A DNA stretch of 64,000 nt from Octopus bimaculoides (GCF_001194135.2 NC_068992.1:33709135-33773134); one strand, 5' to 3'; numbered from the stretch's first letter, positions 37,986 to 52,100 are shown. Notes: generated by a model not told the origin, from the sequence alone. Numbers and translations are program-made.

Positions 37986-38559
37986 CACACATGCACACAT
38001 ACATACATGCATACACACATACAGATATAGACACAAACGCATGCGTAGATAAGGATACATATCATAGAAGGACAGAATGAACTAAGTGGAGCAGGAGGGT
38101 ACACCTGGACAGAAAGGGTCGCTGAAGAGGTCAGAGATGTATGATGAAAGATTTCCAGACAATTGACATAATATAAACAAAGAACAGTAATAAACAAATG
38201 AAGAATTAATATATAGCGCATGTGTTTATTTAGCAAAAAAAAAAAAAAAANNNNNNNNNNNNNNNNNNNNNNNNNNNNNNNNNNNNNNNNNNNNNNNNNN
38301 NNNNNNNNNNNNNNNNNNNNNNNNNNNNNNNNNNNNNNNNNNNNNNNNNNNNNNNNNNNTATATATATATGTGTGTGTGTGTGTGTATATATATATGTGT
38401 GTGTGTGTGTGTATATATATATGTGTGTGTGTGTGTGTATATATATGTGTGTGTGTGTGTGTGTATATATATATCTGTGTGTGTGTGTGTATATATATAT
38501 ATGTGTGTGTGTGTGTATATATATATATGTATGTATGTATGTATGTATATAAATATACA

Positions 38560-39175
38560 TACAAGGGAATGAAGCTAGCATGCTCCATTGGATGGGTAAT
38601 GTCAATGTGCACACAACAACAAAGTGTAAATGACATAAGGGGAAAACTAGGTATAAGAGACCTCAGATGTTGCGTGCAAGAGAGAAGACTGTTGGTATGG
38701 TCACATCATGCATATGGATGAAGACAACTGCATGAAGAAGTGTTGAGCTCAAACCATGGAGGAAACCTGTGGTAGGGGTAGACTCAGAAAGACATGGGAT
38801 GAAGTGGTGAGAAAGGATTTTCAGACACACCCTCACCGAAGAAATGACACAGGGACAGGGAGATGTGGAAATTTGCTGTACTTGAGAAGATGTGTCAAGT
38901 TAAATAAAATCATTGTCATCTATACATACAGGCATGTTCTTTACAGGTTCTGGTGTCGCGTAGAAAGTGCCTATGCTGGTGCTGTATAAACACACTTATA
39001 CCAGTGGCACATGAGGAGTACCCAGCATACTCTGGAAAGAGGTTGGCATCAGGAATCCAGCTGTAGAAACCAAGCCACAACAGACAATTGGACTCTGAAC
39101 AGCTCCCCGGCTGGTCACCTCCATGTGAAACCATCCAACTCATGTCAGCCTCAAAAACAAACATTAAACAATAAT
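38560..39175 (+). mobile_element. RTE LINE 3' end and associated tail
   Basis: IRGKLGIRDLRCCVQERRL(W)YGH.. and RGRLRKTWDEVVRKD; tail shared with 57845-58015. Confidence 0.7.
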
Positions 39176-39383
39176 GATGGTATTTGATTCTCTGTCTAAA
39201 AAATTTTTAATAGGAAATTTCTTACAAGTTTATCTAACATATACATTTTTGTGATACCTATTAGCAAATGAAACATGTATAATGGTGAATAAATAACACC
39301 AAAATATTTTCCAGATTCCTATTTTATATATATATATATATATATAAGAAAATTGATAATAAGGAATGATGGATAAAGATCAG

Positions 39384-39469
39384 TTCATTACAGCTGTTTC
39401 TTACACATTTTTAATAGAAGAGAGACTGAGTACATTACATCATTGCAAAAAACTGTAATCATCAGATGA
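39384..39469 (-). ncRNA. Type-I hammerhead ribozyme with intact core and long stem II
   Basis: Stem I UUCAU/AUGAA; CUGAUGA; stem II UUACA..UUUUU/AAAAA..UGUAA; GAAA; palindromic ACAGCUGU; GUA triplet. Confidence 0.8.
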
Positions 39470-40799
39470 AACAGAATTTCAAAGCAATAGGAAAATATCC
39501 CAGAAACACAGTGGCAACATACTTGAAGCCAGCCAAAGCTGACCATGAAATGGGATAAAAGCTAAAAATTTGGGGGCTATTGACATTAAGGGGTGGGGTT
39601 ACATTAAGAATTTAGTTTGTAAGAAAGGGTAACATGATATTTATGGTCAGCATCTTGGGTAGAGAATGTAAATTGGGGTCAGCTAGACTGGTTCATATAA
39701 GAGACTGGAGATGAAGAGTAGGCAATTATATGCATATTGTTATGTGTTATTCATTTTATTACACTAGGATTAGAAATATGGGTAGCAGGGAATGAATTAA
39801 AGAAAAAGTAAAATAAAAAAAGTCAAATAAGTACTGGTCCAGAGTGTAAGATGCCTTTGTTAAAGATTAAAGTTCAAAGGGAGGAGGGAGAGATACCTAC
39901 AGAATCAGGGATATACAATGGATAGTGGTTGACTGTGGGGGAGGGTTAGAAGGAACTCAAATGATTATTTCTAACAATTGTGGAAGGGTAGTGTTTTGTG
40001 TGATAATTTTATCTGGTAAAGCAAAGTAGAGGTAGGATGCTGATATAGAAACAAATATATTATATGGGATACTGACACACACTTATAATAAGAGAACATG
40101 TGTACCTGGTATAAAATTATTACTGTTATAAATAATAAATAGGGAAATAAGGGTAGTAGTAGTTGTGTACTACCTGTCATTTCAATTATGAAGTTCGATG
40201 AATGAGAGAATTACCTAATAAATCTCACCTAATACAGAACAAAGGGGGTATACCAGATCAGACATCTTAGTAAGCCAGTAGTTGTCAACTGATTAACTTT
40301 TTAGAATGTTTTATAGGTGGCATTAAAATTACTTAATTAGATAATATATTTTGCTATTATATAAATCAGGTTGTGTAAACTAAAACCAATAGATGTAGGT
40401 AAGAAGTTTGGGTGATATGTTCCTTTATTATGGTGAGTAGCACAAATAACAATAAGCGGGTATAAGGATTACTTACTGAGGGGAATTGGAAAACTAGCTA
40501 GACAGTGTAGGCTGCTACTTCATAAGTTAGAGGCGATCGTAAACACAAAAGCGTAATGCTAGATAAAACTAGATAGAAGATTAGTTCCTTCACTATCACA
40601 TACTATGCAAATAATATTATTAGGATCTATATCATAATTGGGGACAGGATGTAGTGGAATGGGAAAAAGCAGAAGACTACTCAGAAGAATAAGCAAATCA
40701 TTGGAGTTTGGGGGTCTACATATGAAAGTGGTGGGACTGAGATAGTTTAGCTCCAGGTTAGAATATAGAATAGAGGCTATGTGATGTCCTTAAAATATT

Positions 40800-41330
40800 T
40801 AAAGGTACAGGTTACTTTATGGATACATGAAAGACGAATGTCCAATTTATTATTTATTAGATTTTCACTATTTGATCACTTTAATAAGTTGTACAACTCC
40901 ATGTAACATAGTCTGCACATGTACAGCTGTTTGAGTACGGTTTTGCAACCCTGATTATATCCCATTTCAAATCGAATCTAATGTTGTCATTTTTGAGTTC
41001 CCAAATTTTCATAGCTATGCCTTAATTTGCCTTGTGCCTTAAATGGAAGGATTTTCCCTATGCCTTAATTTGAAGGATGATAAATCATTGCATGAGCACT
41101 GCTTCAGATTTACAGAGCAGCCAATATGAGCATAAATATTTATCTCCATCACTACATTACACCTGTAAACTACATTTTTAACCAAACAGTGACCAAAAAT
41201 TGGACATAAGTTTTTATCCAAATAATTGCACCCATTATTGGTTATGACATGATTGTTATTACAAGTACACATTCCTATGATAATAGGACGACATATGGGA
41301 TCAAGATCTTGTGAGTTATCAATGTTTGTA
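40800..41330 (-). mobile_element. Decayed PLE GIY-YIG endonuclease of a third type
   Basis: CNY..NLCPIFGHCLVKNVVYRCNV...HIG...DLSSFKLRHREN, then after a frameshift IWELKNDNIRFDLKWDIIRVAKPY. Matches the CNC..CP..G.C..VVY..YIG..IW.LK..W.I...PY pattern of PLE endonucleases. Confidence 0.6.
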
Positions 41331-42637
41331 TAGCTGCTATCAGGGGTAATATTTCTACTACTAAGGTCATTACCATTATGATTACTTACCAAATTCGGAG
41401 TACAAGAATGTGGGTAATGAGTATGACCATAAGAGATTACACCTTCAGATTCTGACACTACAGGATTAGTGGTATAACAGAATAGTTGTCAGCACAAGAG
41501 TTTGTGTTATGTTCATTGAGCATATCAACAACAGAAAATTACATGCATGTGTAGGCCAGCATTATGGTGAGAGGGACGAGTGTCAGAGTTGCAGACTGTG
41601 TGGGGGGGGGGGGGGGAGTCGGCTGTTGCCAGATCTCTTACTGCTGCTATCAGTTCTTGCAGTAAGCTAACTGATGCCATTATTATTATAGCTACTGATT
41701 GGAAGGACTTATACAGTATTAGTGTCAATTAATTTGGTAATGTTATGATGATGGCAAGCTGGAAGAATTGTTAGCACACCGGGAAAAATGCTTAGTATTT
41801 CGTCTACACAGTTCTATATTTAAGAGATGAGGTATTATGTACATTATTTACATTATATCTGTCAAATGGAAATAATAGAAATAAAGTATTTTGTCTGCAC
41901 ATTCTGAGTTCATATTCCACTGAGGTCAACTTTGCATTTCATCCTTTTGAGGTCAATGAAATAAGTACCAGTTACGTACTGGAGTTGATGTGAATGACTA
42001 TCTCCACTCACCCAAAATTCCAGGCTTTGTGCCGATAGTAGAAAGGATTATTATTATTATTATTGGTACAATTATTATTTGGTGTGGTGTTATTATGAAC
42101 ATTATTACTAATGCTCCAGGCCATGGCTATGTATCTCTCGTTCAGGCCAGCAATAATTGTATCCAGATTGGAGAGAGTTGAATAGGGAACCCTAACAATT
42201 TTTACAGGAGAGTAAATGGTTATACTTATGTGATAGAGGGAAGTTGCGCTGTAATATGCTAAAGAATTTACTGCATAAATTAGTAACTATTATGTAATTG
42301 AAGGGAGGATTATACCCTATTACATCACTTTTTTTGTCATTTTTTCCTTTGTATCCACTATGCTTCTTATACTTATAATTAGTTCCTGATCTATATGATG
42401 AACTTTTCTTTGTGTTTGTGTTATTGCTGATATCACCGCAGTCCCTATTGGTACCATAGTTACTATTCGCCCTATTAACAACCCTTCATAACTATTTACC
42501 AAGTTTCTTCTGTGTGCACAACCTGGACATTCTACTAGATACTTAATCGACCATAGGCAGTGACCACAGGTTACTCCAACCCTACCTGGTGCTTATTATT
42601 TAAGTACTCAATTCTCACAAGAAACCTTATTATACAT

Positions 42638-42686
<49 letters not shown>

Positions 42687-43748
42687 NNNNNNNNNNNNNN
42701 NNNNNNNNNNNNNNNNNNNNNNNNNNNNNNNNNNNNNNNNNNNNNNNNNNNNNNNNNNNNNNNNNNNNNNNNNNNNNNNNNNNNNNNNNNNNNNNNNNNN
42801 NNNNNNNNNNNNNNNNNNNNNNNNNNNNNNNNNNNNNNNNNNNNNNNNNNNNNNNNNNNNNNNNNNNNNNNNNNNNNNNNNNNNNNNNNNNNNNNNNNNN
42901 NNNNNNNNNNNNNNNNNNNNNNNNNNNNNNNNNNNNNNNNNNNNNNATATATATATATATATATTTATATACATACATATATAAACACATATGTAGACAT
43001 ATACACACACACACACACACACACATATATACATACATTCTTACACACACATATATCTACATGCATACATACATATGTACATACATACATACATACATAC
43101 ACACATACATACATATTCATACATGTATCCATACATACTACTCACAAGACACTTGTCATCTATGAAAATATCTGTCAATGCTATAAACCCTGGACTGGGA
43201 ATATAGATGACAGAGTTTAGTATTTAGCCATATATTACACCGAAGGATAGCATTGTAAATGTTTGTGTTTATTATGCATGCAGGTTAATGAAATATTCCA
43301 AAACTGAATGAGGTAAAGAGAGCAAGCCTACTTTGAAATGAATAATTTATTAAGATGAGGGTTGATTTGAAAATTACTAAGATTAAAGTTAATTGGAAAA
43401 TTTTTAAGATTGGTATTGAGCGTGCTGTTTCAAAGATTAGCTCTGATAGATTTTCAGATAGTGTTCATTGTAAAATAGCTCATGCATTTAACATTATATA
43501 AATGTTTTTAAAATTAATTTTTTGAACAGTCTGCTTTATATTTTTATGTACATGTATTTAGTTTCAAACGATCTGATGAGTCATTGGCACCATTGACAAG
43601 TCCAGAAGATTTTTTAAACTCCTGATCAATGAGTTATTAGAGCAAAATTTGTCCACTCAAATATTTCAGCTCCACACACAATGTCTGAGTGGGAATAACA
43701 CATTTGAAGTGACATTTGGCAAAAAGAAAATGTTCTTTCTGAAACAGT

Positions 43749-43782
<34 letters not shown>

Positions 43783-43786
43783 GCAT

Positions 43787-43819
<33 letters not shown>

Positions 43820-46800
43820 CATGCATATGTATGTGTGTAATTATGATTGCATGTCTGTGGGTGTGGCTGTGTATGATGAAAGCATCATATAACTATTGAC
43901 AAACTTATCTTGGTGGAAACACAACAACAGAACATCAGTGTTTGTCAAAATAAGCAAATTGTAAATATTCCAGAAAGTTGATCAAAATATCAGTATCTTA
44001 TTATACAAGTTTTCATTGCGTCATTGAAATGTTAGAGTAAATAATCTATAGAAATAGTTAAAACATAAGAGGGTGGTGAACTTGTCTGCATTAAGAATAT
44101 GTAGTACACTATCGATATTATAAAAGCATTGTCTTTGAGAACAGGTGTCATTTTGTTTATAATACATCACAATTCTTAATAAAAGACTTGCTGCCAATTA
44201 TTGAGTATATGTTCTAGAAGAGAGTTATCTTTTTTTATCTCTTTTTCTGAAGAAAACAGTAAATATAAATGCTAAATAAAAGTTTGGTGGTTTAGAAAAT
44301 ATATTATCAAAGTGTTAATGAATTGAAATTCTCTTTTGTTTTAGTTTGCAACATTCTATTTGTCTAAACATATTTATGTCATAAGTGTGGCAATCAATAA
44401 AATTGTTTATTATGCCCATGCCTGCAAACAAAGTTCAGATTTCTCCTATCAATTTTATGAAATTAATTATTAATTTCTTGAAATTATTTTCCTTTCACTC
44501 TGGAAGTTTTTTGAGGTTTATATCTTTTTCCTTAAATTAAGAGAGAATTTACACGTACAAAATTTGTATACATTATTCACTACATCACCTCTTAAATTAT
44601 TAATTTAGATTAATGTCATTCACCGCTTGCGTTATTTCCCTTACCTAATTACATATTTTTTAATTAGGTAAATTTTTAGAAGCAAAAATTCTTTGTAACT
44701 GTTTATAGGTAAAAACTGCTGTCAACTTTTTAAAATAAAAGTGAGTGGGCTCCATGAGGCTGATGAGTTCCAATAATACTGAAACTTGTCTACAGCTGCC
44801 CTCTTATTCATAAATATGGTATATGCATTTATTTTCTGAAATGAATTTTTAATTCCTTGGAATTTATTTCCTCTTTTCTTTGAGGATTGTAACATTTCCA
44901 TTTTTTTTTTTTTCCGAGAAAAATATTTATTTAGTTGAAAATCTTTTTAGTACATCACCCAAAACTCGTTTGATTATTTATTACAACAGTCCTCCAGCAT
45001 GAACATGGTTTCACTGGTTGAAATTTACTTTTCCTTACAAACAAAATACTCTATGTATAGAGTAAATAGTAAAGCTTCTCAACAAATCCTATTACCTTTT
45101 TTAGGCTCTTCTGTATCTCATCTCCCATATCCAGTACATGCTACTTGAATGATTCATCGTTACTGGGACTGCATTACTCTGGAAGTTCATTCCTGCTAAT
45201 ATCATTCAAAGTGAACATGATTCACCTATATCTTACAACTATTGAAGAGCCTACAATGTGCTCCATCCTCTTACTAATTTATTTATATGTATTTTTAAAA
45301 TGTCACTTTTATTTCTCAAGCTATAACTAATTTATATCACCAACAATGATAACAACCTCAAAAGAGGCCATAAAATATTATCCCACATCTCTTTATACAT
45401 GACCTTGGTGTTTATAAAAATCAGTATTTATACTGTAACTTGTTTCTTTTTCCTCTTTTTTACTTTTGAGGAATTTCAATGAAATTATATATTTTATATT
45501 TTTAATGAAACGTTGGTACACTCAGAGAAAATATATGTAAACGAACTATTCATCAGCCATCGTAGTTTCCTGCAACATCTAGCAGCAGTTCCTAAACTTT
45601 TACCATTATGACACATTTATAGCAAATCAATAATCCTCTGTGACCTTTCACAATATTTAAACAAAAACAATGAGTGCACTTAACATTTGACACTATTCTT
45701 TAGGAAATATTTTTCAGTTTTTATTTTCAACAAATGTTATGTTGTAACTCTCACACCTTTGACTTATTATATAACATTTTTATGAACATTTTGCATTTTA
45801 TGAAATATTTCAAAATTGAATGAGTTATTTTAATGACCCTTTCAGATTTATACCATGTCCCAATTTGAATTTTGACCAGTACGTTGGAAACTGCAAATCT
45901 ATATCATTAACCACATATACTATTAGCACTTAACTGAAATATAACAGTCATATAACACAATTATATCAATATTTTTCTAGTTGTTTTAGATTTCTATATA
46001 ATTGCATATCCTTGAATGTTTTATATTATTCACAACTATAGTTCTGAAAAACACAATCTGATTTTTTTTTCTCTATGGCACTAATGTAATTCACCAAGGT
46101 ATTAACAAGATCCAACTTTAAATTCTCATCACCTCTTGTTTTTGATTCTTTTTTTATCTGACCATTGCATCTGTCTCCAATTTTCATTGAAAAGCATAAA
46201 ATATTCTTTACTCAGTAAAGGATCCATGCTCAAAAATTTTAATTTAATCAGATTGTTTTCCCTTTTATATGCTACATTAAGAAAAGAGCTGCATTATTTA
46301 TGCATCAGCAAATTTTAATAAATATTTATACTATGTAAATGGAATTGATCAAGTCAGTTATCAAGTTTCCAAACAAGATACAGTTATCAATGATACACAA
46401 GTTTAATTCATTTAATGAGATTACTCTGAGCAATATACATGGTGCAATTTAAGCTCAATCTACAAGATAATTATACAGAGCTCAGTAAGGCAAATAAATT
46501 ATAATATTGAAAAAACTTATAACAATAAGTTACAATTTTCCAAAGTACCTATTTAAAGTTAGGTAGATTTAGTTATCTCAAGTGAATTGTCTTAGCTATG
46601 TACACAGAGCAATGCTAGTCATGATATATGAAATAAAATTAAAAAATATACAAAGCTAAAAGAAGGAAGGTAGAACAAGAAGGAAATAGTAAAAGAAAAA
46701 GCAAGATGAAAAAAGTAATATAGAGCAAAAAATAAAGAAGAAAAGAAGGAAGAAAGAGAATAAACAGCATTAGTTCCATGAAGATGTACAAATGGACTAT

Positions 46801-47850
46801 GGATAAAAGATAAGTAAAGTAAATAAGCATCAAAGACAAACATGTTCTAGAGACATAAAAGTCAAAATGAATAATAGAAGTTCTTACATCTTCACATATA
46901 ACAGGCAATCAAAGTGCTCCAATAAATCCTATTCTTAGCTGTAAATCCTGTCACACAGCTTCATTGACAGTTGACTAGCTATAAATCTCTCAATATTTCA
47001 CTGCTAGTTCATCTTTGGCTTAACCATATTGGTTCGTAGATGGAAATAGAGTTCTAGTGATTTCAACATTGTTTTGTGTGCTGTTGTATGCGTCATCGAC
47101 AAATGTTGGATTTTCTTATCATGTTTCAGTTAGCAGATCTTAGTCACACTGACTGTGGAAAATTACCTTGGGACATCATCATAGGAGTTAAATGAGAACT
47201 AACATATCTAAAAATATGAGTAAAGGAATTTCTATTTACAAAAGTTACCTATGGAGTGAAGAAATGCTAAAGTAGATTTAATTAATAATGATAATATAGC
47301 AAAATAGCAACAACTCTGAAATTTTAATAAATAATGATATAGAATATGCATGCAGTGAAGAGTTAGAAAATGTTAGCTCAAGAACTAAAAGTTATTTAAA
47401 CTGACTTTTGGTAAGCATGTTAGCAACCCCAGACTTGGTTCAGTATTCTTATACTTAGTCAACAGAGCAATAGCCTTTGCCAGTGCTTGCCAAATCACTT
47501 CTTTGACTAGACCAAATTTGATTAACATTTGTTATTGCACCCATATTTCTCTCTCCTCATAGCAAAGATAATTTAAGCTAATTGAAATTTCTTTGCTCAC
47601 TACATTATGTCAGCACTGACTCAACTATAGATCAAATATAGCTCACAGATACAAAATTCAGACTAATCTAAACTAATTTCTGATTGATTACTAGAACACA
47701 AGCTAATTTCTGATTGATTATCAATGAAAGCATATCAAATAAGGAATGACTTGTAAACAGCAAATATACATAAGGCCAGTACTCAACTCTATGGTGTATA
47801 GCCTTAAACAAATATAAATATTCTTCTGGATAACATTTTGGATTATTCAG

Positions 47851-47901
47851 CTAATGCTGGAAGTTTGTTTGAAATTAATTGAACCGAATACTGTAAATCA
47901 A
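47851..47901 (+). CDS. Candidate 51-nt exon (LMLEVCLKLIEPNTVNQ)
   Basis: Acceptor ttggattattcag, donor CAA|gtaagt, phase 0-0, open. No homology recognised. Confidence 0.2.
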
Positions 47902-48362
47902 GTAAGTATTTTTACTTGTGTTTCTTCATATATATATACACATACATATATGTGTGTATAAATGTGTGCATGTGTGTGTATGAGTGTGTGTTCATATATA
48001 TAAAGAGAACAAAAATAGCATTTTAAATTCTTGACAGCTGTTTCGGTAGAATATTATTGATGTATTCATAGATTACATCATAATATATAATTCATCATCT
48101 TTAGGTAAAATTTTGAACAAGATGTCGACCAGGTGAGATTTCATACATCAAATATGATGAATTCAACATCATTAGATAAGTGGTTCTATAAAGAATAACA
48201 TTCATATTTATAGGAAAATTAGGTCTACCTTTAACAGGCATCAACATGTCATATCTTCATTGTTGTTTACTTCACTATTAACTCTGTTACCATACCTAGC
48301 CATTGCTTGCATCTGAGTTGCTGATGTACCTAGGATCTATTGAATCCATACAACTAATTTAG

Positions 48363-48396
<34 letters not shown>

Positions 48397-49190
48397 GGGT
48401 ATATAGATGTTTACATATGTATATATATATTCATACATACATACACACATATATATACATACATATATATATAATATATATATAAACACACACACACACA
48501 TATATATACATACATATTTATATGTGTGTGTGTGTGTGTGTGTATACACATATATATAAATCAAAGGTAAAAAACAACAAACGGAAATTGACAAAACATA
48601 ACAAGCAGGAAAAGGATGATAGCACAACAATGGCAAACAGGACAAAACAAGATACATGGATCATTTGCAGCCAACTGCTTCATCAGTCGGAGTCTGGAAT
48701 GTCTATGTAGTTTCATCCCATCCTCTGATACTTCTCGAAACCAGTTGGGCCAAGGGCTTAAGCTGAGGTCATTAAGCCCCTGAGCAAGGCAAATGAACGT
48801 ACATATACAAACACAAGGAAATAACAAACAGAAAGGGTCTTTCAACTATCATACGAACGTAACATAAGAAATAGAACTATACATATATAATGGACAAAAG
48901 CCTTTCGGCTATATAACAAAAAAAATGAAACAAAGCAAACAGAGTCATTCGACTATCAAACGGCGTAGTAAGCTAGTGCAAGGAAAAAGGAAATGGCATT
49001 ATCACTATCAATAACACTAGTAGTGGTGATATTGGTTGTATTGTGGTTATTAATATTAGTATTAGTGGTGATGCTATTAGTATCAACAATCTCCTCAGTT
49101 TTGGTTTTGATTTTTCATATAATATAATATGATATAATATATATATAATATATATGTATGCATATATATGTATATATATATATATGTATG

Positions 49191-49245
<55 letters not shown>

Positions 49246-49779
49246 ATATATTTATGTGTGTATGTATATATATTTATATTCTTCTTTTAGTTTCAGTCCA
49301 AGAACTGTGGCCATGCTGGAGCACTATCATTTCCTTTGCTACACTTTCACTAAACCTCCTCAGATGTGTGACATTTAAAGGATAAGAGAGGTTGACACTG
49401 CTGCCCTCATCTGTGTTTCTTGCCTTGAGGTAGGTTCATCCAGAACTCTTGACAAGGAAATCAAGTTTTGTTTTAAAAAAGCCTACAGCCATGCCATGCA
49501 AGTGTCTCAGGCTTTGTGGGAGGATATTGAAGAGTTGTGGACCTTTGAAGTCGAAGCTGTTGCAGTATCTGGTTCTGTATCCTGATGGCAATGTTGGTAC
49601 TATGCAGTGGCGACCTATCCTGCTGGTGACCTATACAGTGGTGACGTGTCCTGCTGCTTATGTAACTGATAATGCCAAAGTTTGGCATAAATCTTTCTAG
49701 GATTTTTGAAAGTTTTCCAAGGACTTTCCATTGTTAAGGCTGAATCTAGGGATCTACATTAGAGTTCTATTATGGCTGG

Positions 49780-50447
49780 TATATATTATATTGGAGGAAA
49801 AATCAAAACCAAAACAGAACGAGTATCTCAAGTCATTTAAAATAATGTGGTTAGGGTAAGGTGAATTTTAAGCCTTACAGCTGTTTCTGGGATAACCCAA
49901 GTGGTTGGTTAGCATGTCATTGCACTGGGCATTCTGTCATCAGAGACAAAGTATGAATATTTTAGACAGGGAAAATTTACAGTTTACAAGGAATAAAATA
50001 GAAGAATAAAGGAGCAAAGAGAAAAATAAAGGAGTAAATAGAAGAATAAAGGGTAAAGGTAGTTAGGAGAATATCGGCAGAAGAATAATGTTTACAGCTC
50101 ATTTTATTCCAGAGGATAAGGGTGTTAGTTAGTACTTCCATGAAGGTACAGATCCTTAGATAAAATTCTAGGTAAATTCAGAGAGTATTTTGGCAATATT
50201 TACCTCAGATTTTAACTGAGGACCTACATTTACCTAGGATTTTATCTAAGGACTTGTACCTTCATGAAAGTACCGACCAGCATCCTGTACTTTCATGGAA
50301 GTACCAGCCAACATCCATAACCTACTGCTTGGGTTATCCCAGAAATGGTTGTAAGACTTCAAATTCATCTTACCCTAATTAAATCATTCTGAATGACTTG
50401 AGATACTTGATCTGCTTTGGTTTTGATATTTCTTGTAATATGATATA

Positions 50448-50450
<3 letters not shown>
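49780..50450. mobile_element. Foldback element made of inverted PLE-like ends with an internal palindrome
   Basis: 49785-49901 is the reverse complement of 50328-50445. Inner arms 50132-50177 and 50228-50273. Confidence 0.7.
49872..49947 (-). ncRNA. Type-I hammerhead motif, core intact, stem II partly decayed
   Basis: Stem I GUCU/AGGC; CUGAUGA; CCCAGUG/CACUUGGG hairpin; GAAAC AGCU GUA. Confidence 0.6.
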
Positions 50451-50508
<58 letters not shown>

Positions 50509-50836
50509 GTGTATTTCTTCTATCTTAATGAATAAAAATTCTTCTGATAGAATAAATGGGTTAATAGAAACCAATGTAGCAAAGAACACAATTATATGCA
50601 ATTATGCAATTATAACATGCGTTTCCTCCAATCCTTAAATTCTTATATATATATATGTATGTATGTATGTAGTGAGAATTTATTAAAAACAAAAGACGAA
50701 GATGGGTATGTAAACAACAAACAGATGTATTAGTTTAATGCTCGGGAAGTGAGAAAGTCTTTTACATTTCAAGCCTATGCTCTTCGACAGAAAGGAACAT
50801 ATATGTATGTATGTGTATATATATATATATATATAT

Positions 50837-50896
<60 letters not shown>

Positions 50897-51518
50897 TATA
50901 TTATATATATATAGATGTATATGTATATATGTATGTGTATAGATGTATATGTATACATGTATATGTGTAGATGTATATATATATATATATAGATGTACAT
51001 GTAATATGTACACATATATATACACATATATACATGCATACATATATACACCCATACACACACATACACATATAAGCATGCACGCACATATGCACACACA
51101 CACACACACATACATAGGTGCAGGTATGGCAGTGTGGTAAGAAACTTGGTTCAAAAACAAATGGTCTTGTGTTCAGTCCCGCTGTGTGGTGACCTGGCAT
51201 GTGTCTTCTGCTATAGCCTCAGACCAACCAAAGCCTTGTGAGTGGATTTCGTACACAGAAACTAAAAGAAATCAGTCGTATATATATATGTATGTATATA
51301 TGTAAATGTATGTGTGTGTCTTTGTCTCTGTGTTTCTCCCTCATCACTGCTTCACAACTGCTGTTCGTTTACTTACATCCCCATAACTTACTGGTTTGAC
51401 AAGAAGAAACTGATAGAATAAGTAACAGGCTTATCAAAATAAAAAAAAGCACTAGGCAGTGTCCCATATTTTTCTTTGCCCACTCAGTTGTATCTATAAA
51501 TGTATCTTTGTGTGTGTG

Positions 51519-51583
<65 letters not shown>

Positions 51584-51649
51584 NNNNNNNNNNNNNNNNN
51601 NNNNNNNNNNNNNNNNNNNNNNNNNNNNNNNNNNNNNNNNNNNNNNNNN

Positions 51650-52100
51650 NTATAAGGATTTACTTTTCGTAATGAGATAAAAAAAAAACCAAGGCTGTGT
51701 ATATTTTAGAATATTTATAAATAGAAGGTCTTTCAGCTGTTTCCAGGATATTTATTATATCCCTTCATCTGAGATGGTGTGAGAGGATGGTTAAGCAATA
51801 GTTAGTTGAGATAAAATAGGAAATAGAGAGCGAATGCAGGGATATTGTATTTGTAAATCCATTGTTTAGGGAGAATGGTATACATATAAGATTCCAATAC
51901 CTTGCGAGAAAAATCCAATAGTCTTTAAGATTGGACATTGCATTTGTAAATCCATTATTAAGATTCCATGAACAAAATTCAACGGTCATTCCAAATACAG
52001 AGTTTATACACAGTGTTATTGAATCAAGGGTTCTGTTTAAAGTGACCAAAAAGTAGAGAATGTATTAATAGGGTCAAATAGCACTTACTCAGCATTACCT
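51650..52100 (-). mobile_element. PLE 3' remnant with decayed hammerhead (51728-51775)
   Basis: Minus strand AUCU CAGAUGA A GGGAUAU/AUAUCCU G GAAAC AGCU G A A AGAC, with two core substitutions, downstream of an EN-tail-like region. Confidence 0.5.

Noticed and set aside
43565-43610. CTGATGAGTC...GAC resembling a hammerhead stem II
   Set aside because: No GAAA after the stem and no stem I or III.
48030-48100. Minus-strand CGAAAC-AGCU-GUC half ribozyme
   Set aside because: 5' core reads AUGAUGA and stem I is absent; counted only as a family relic.
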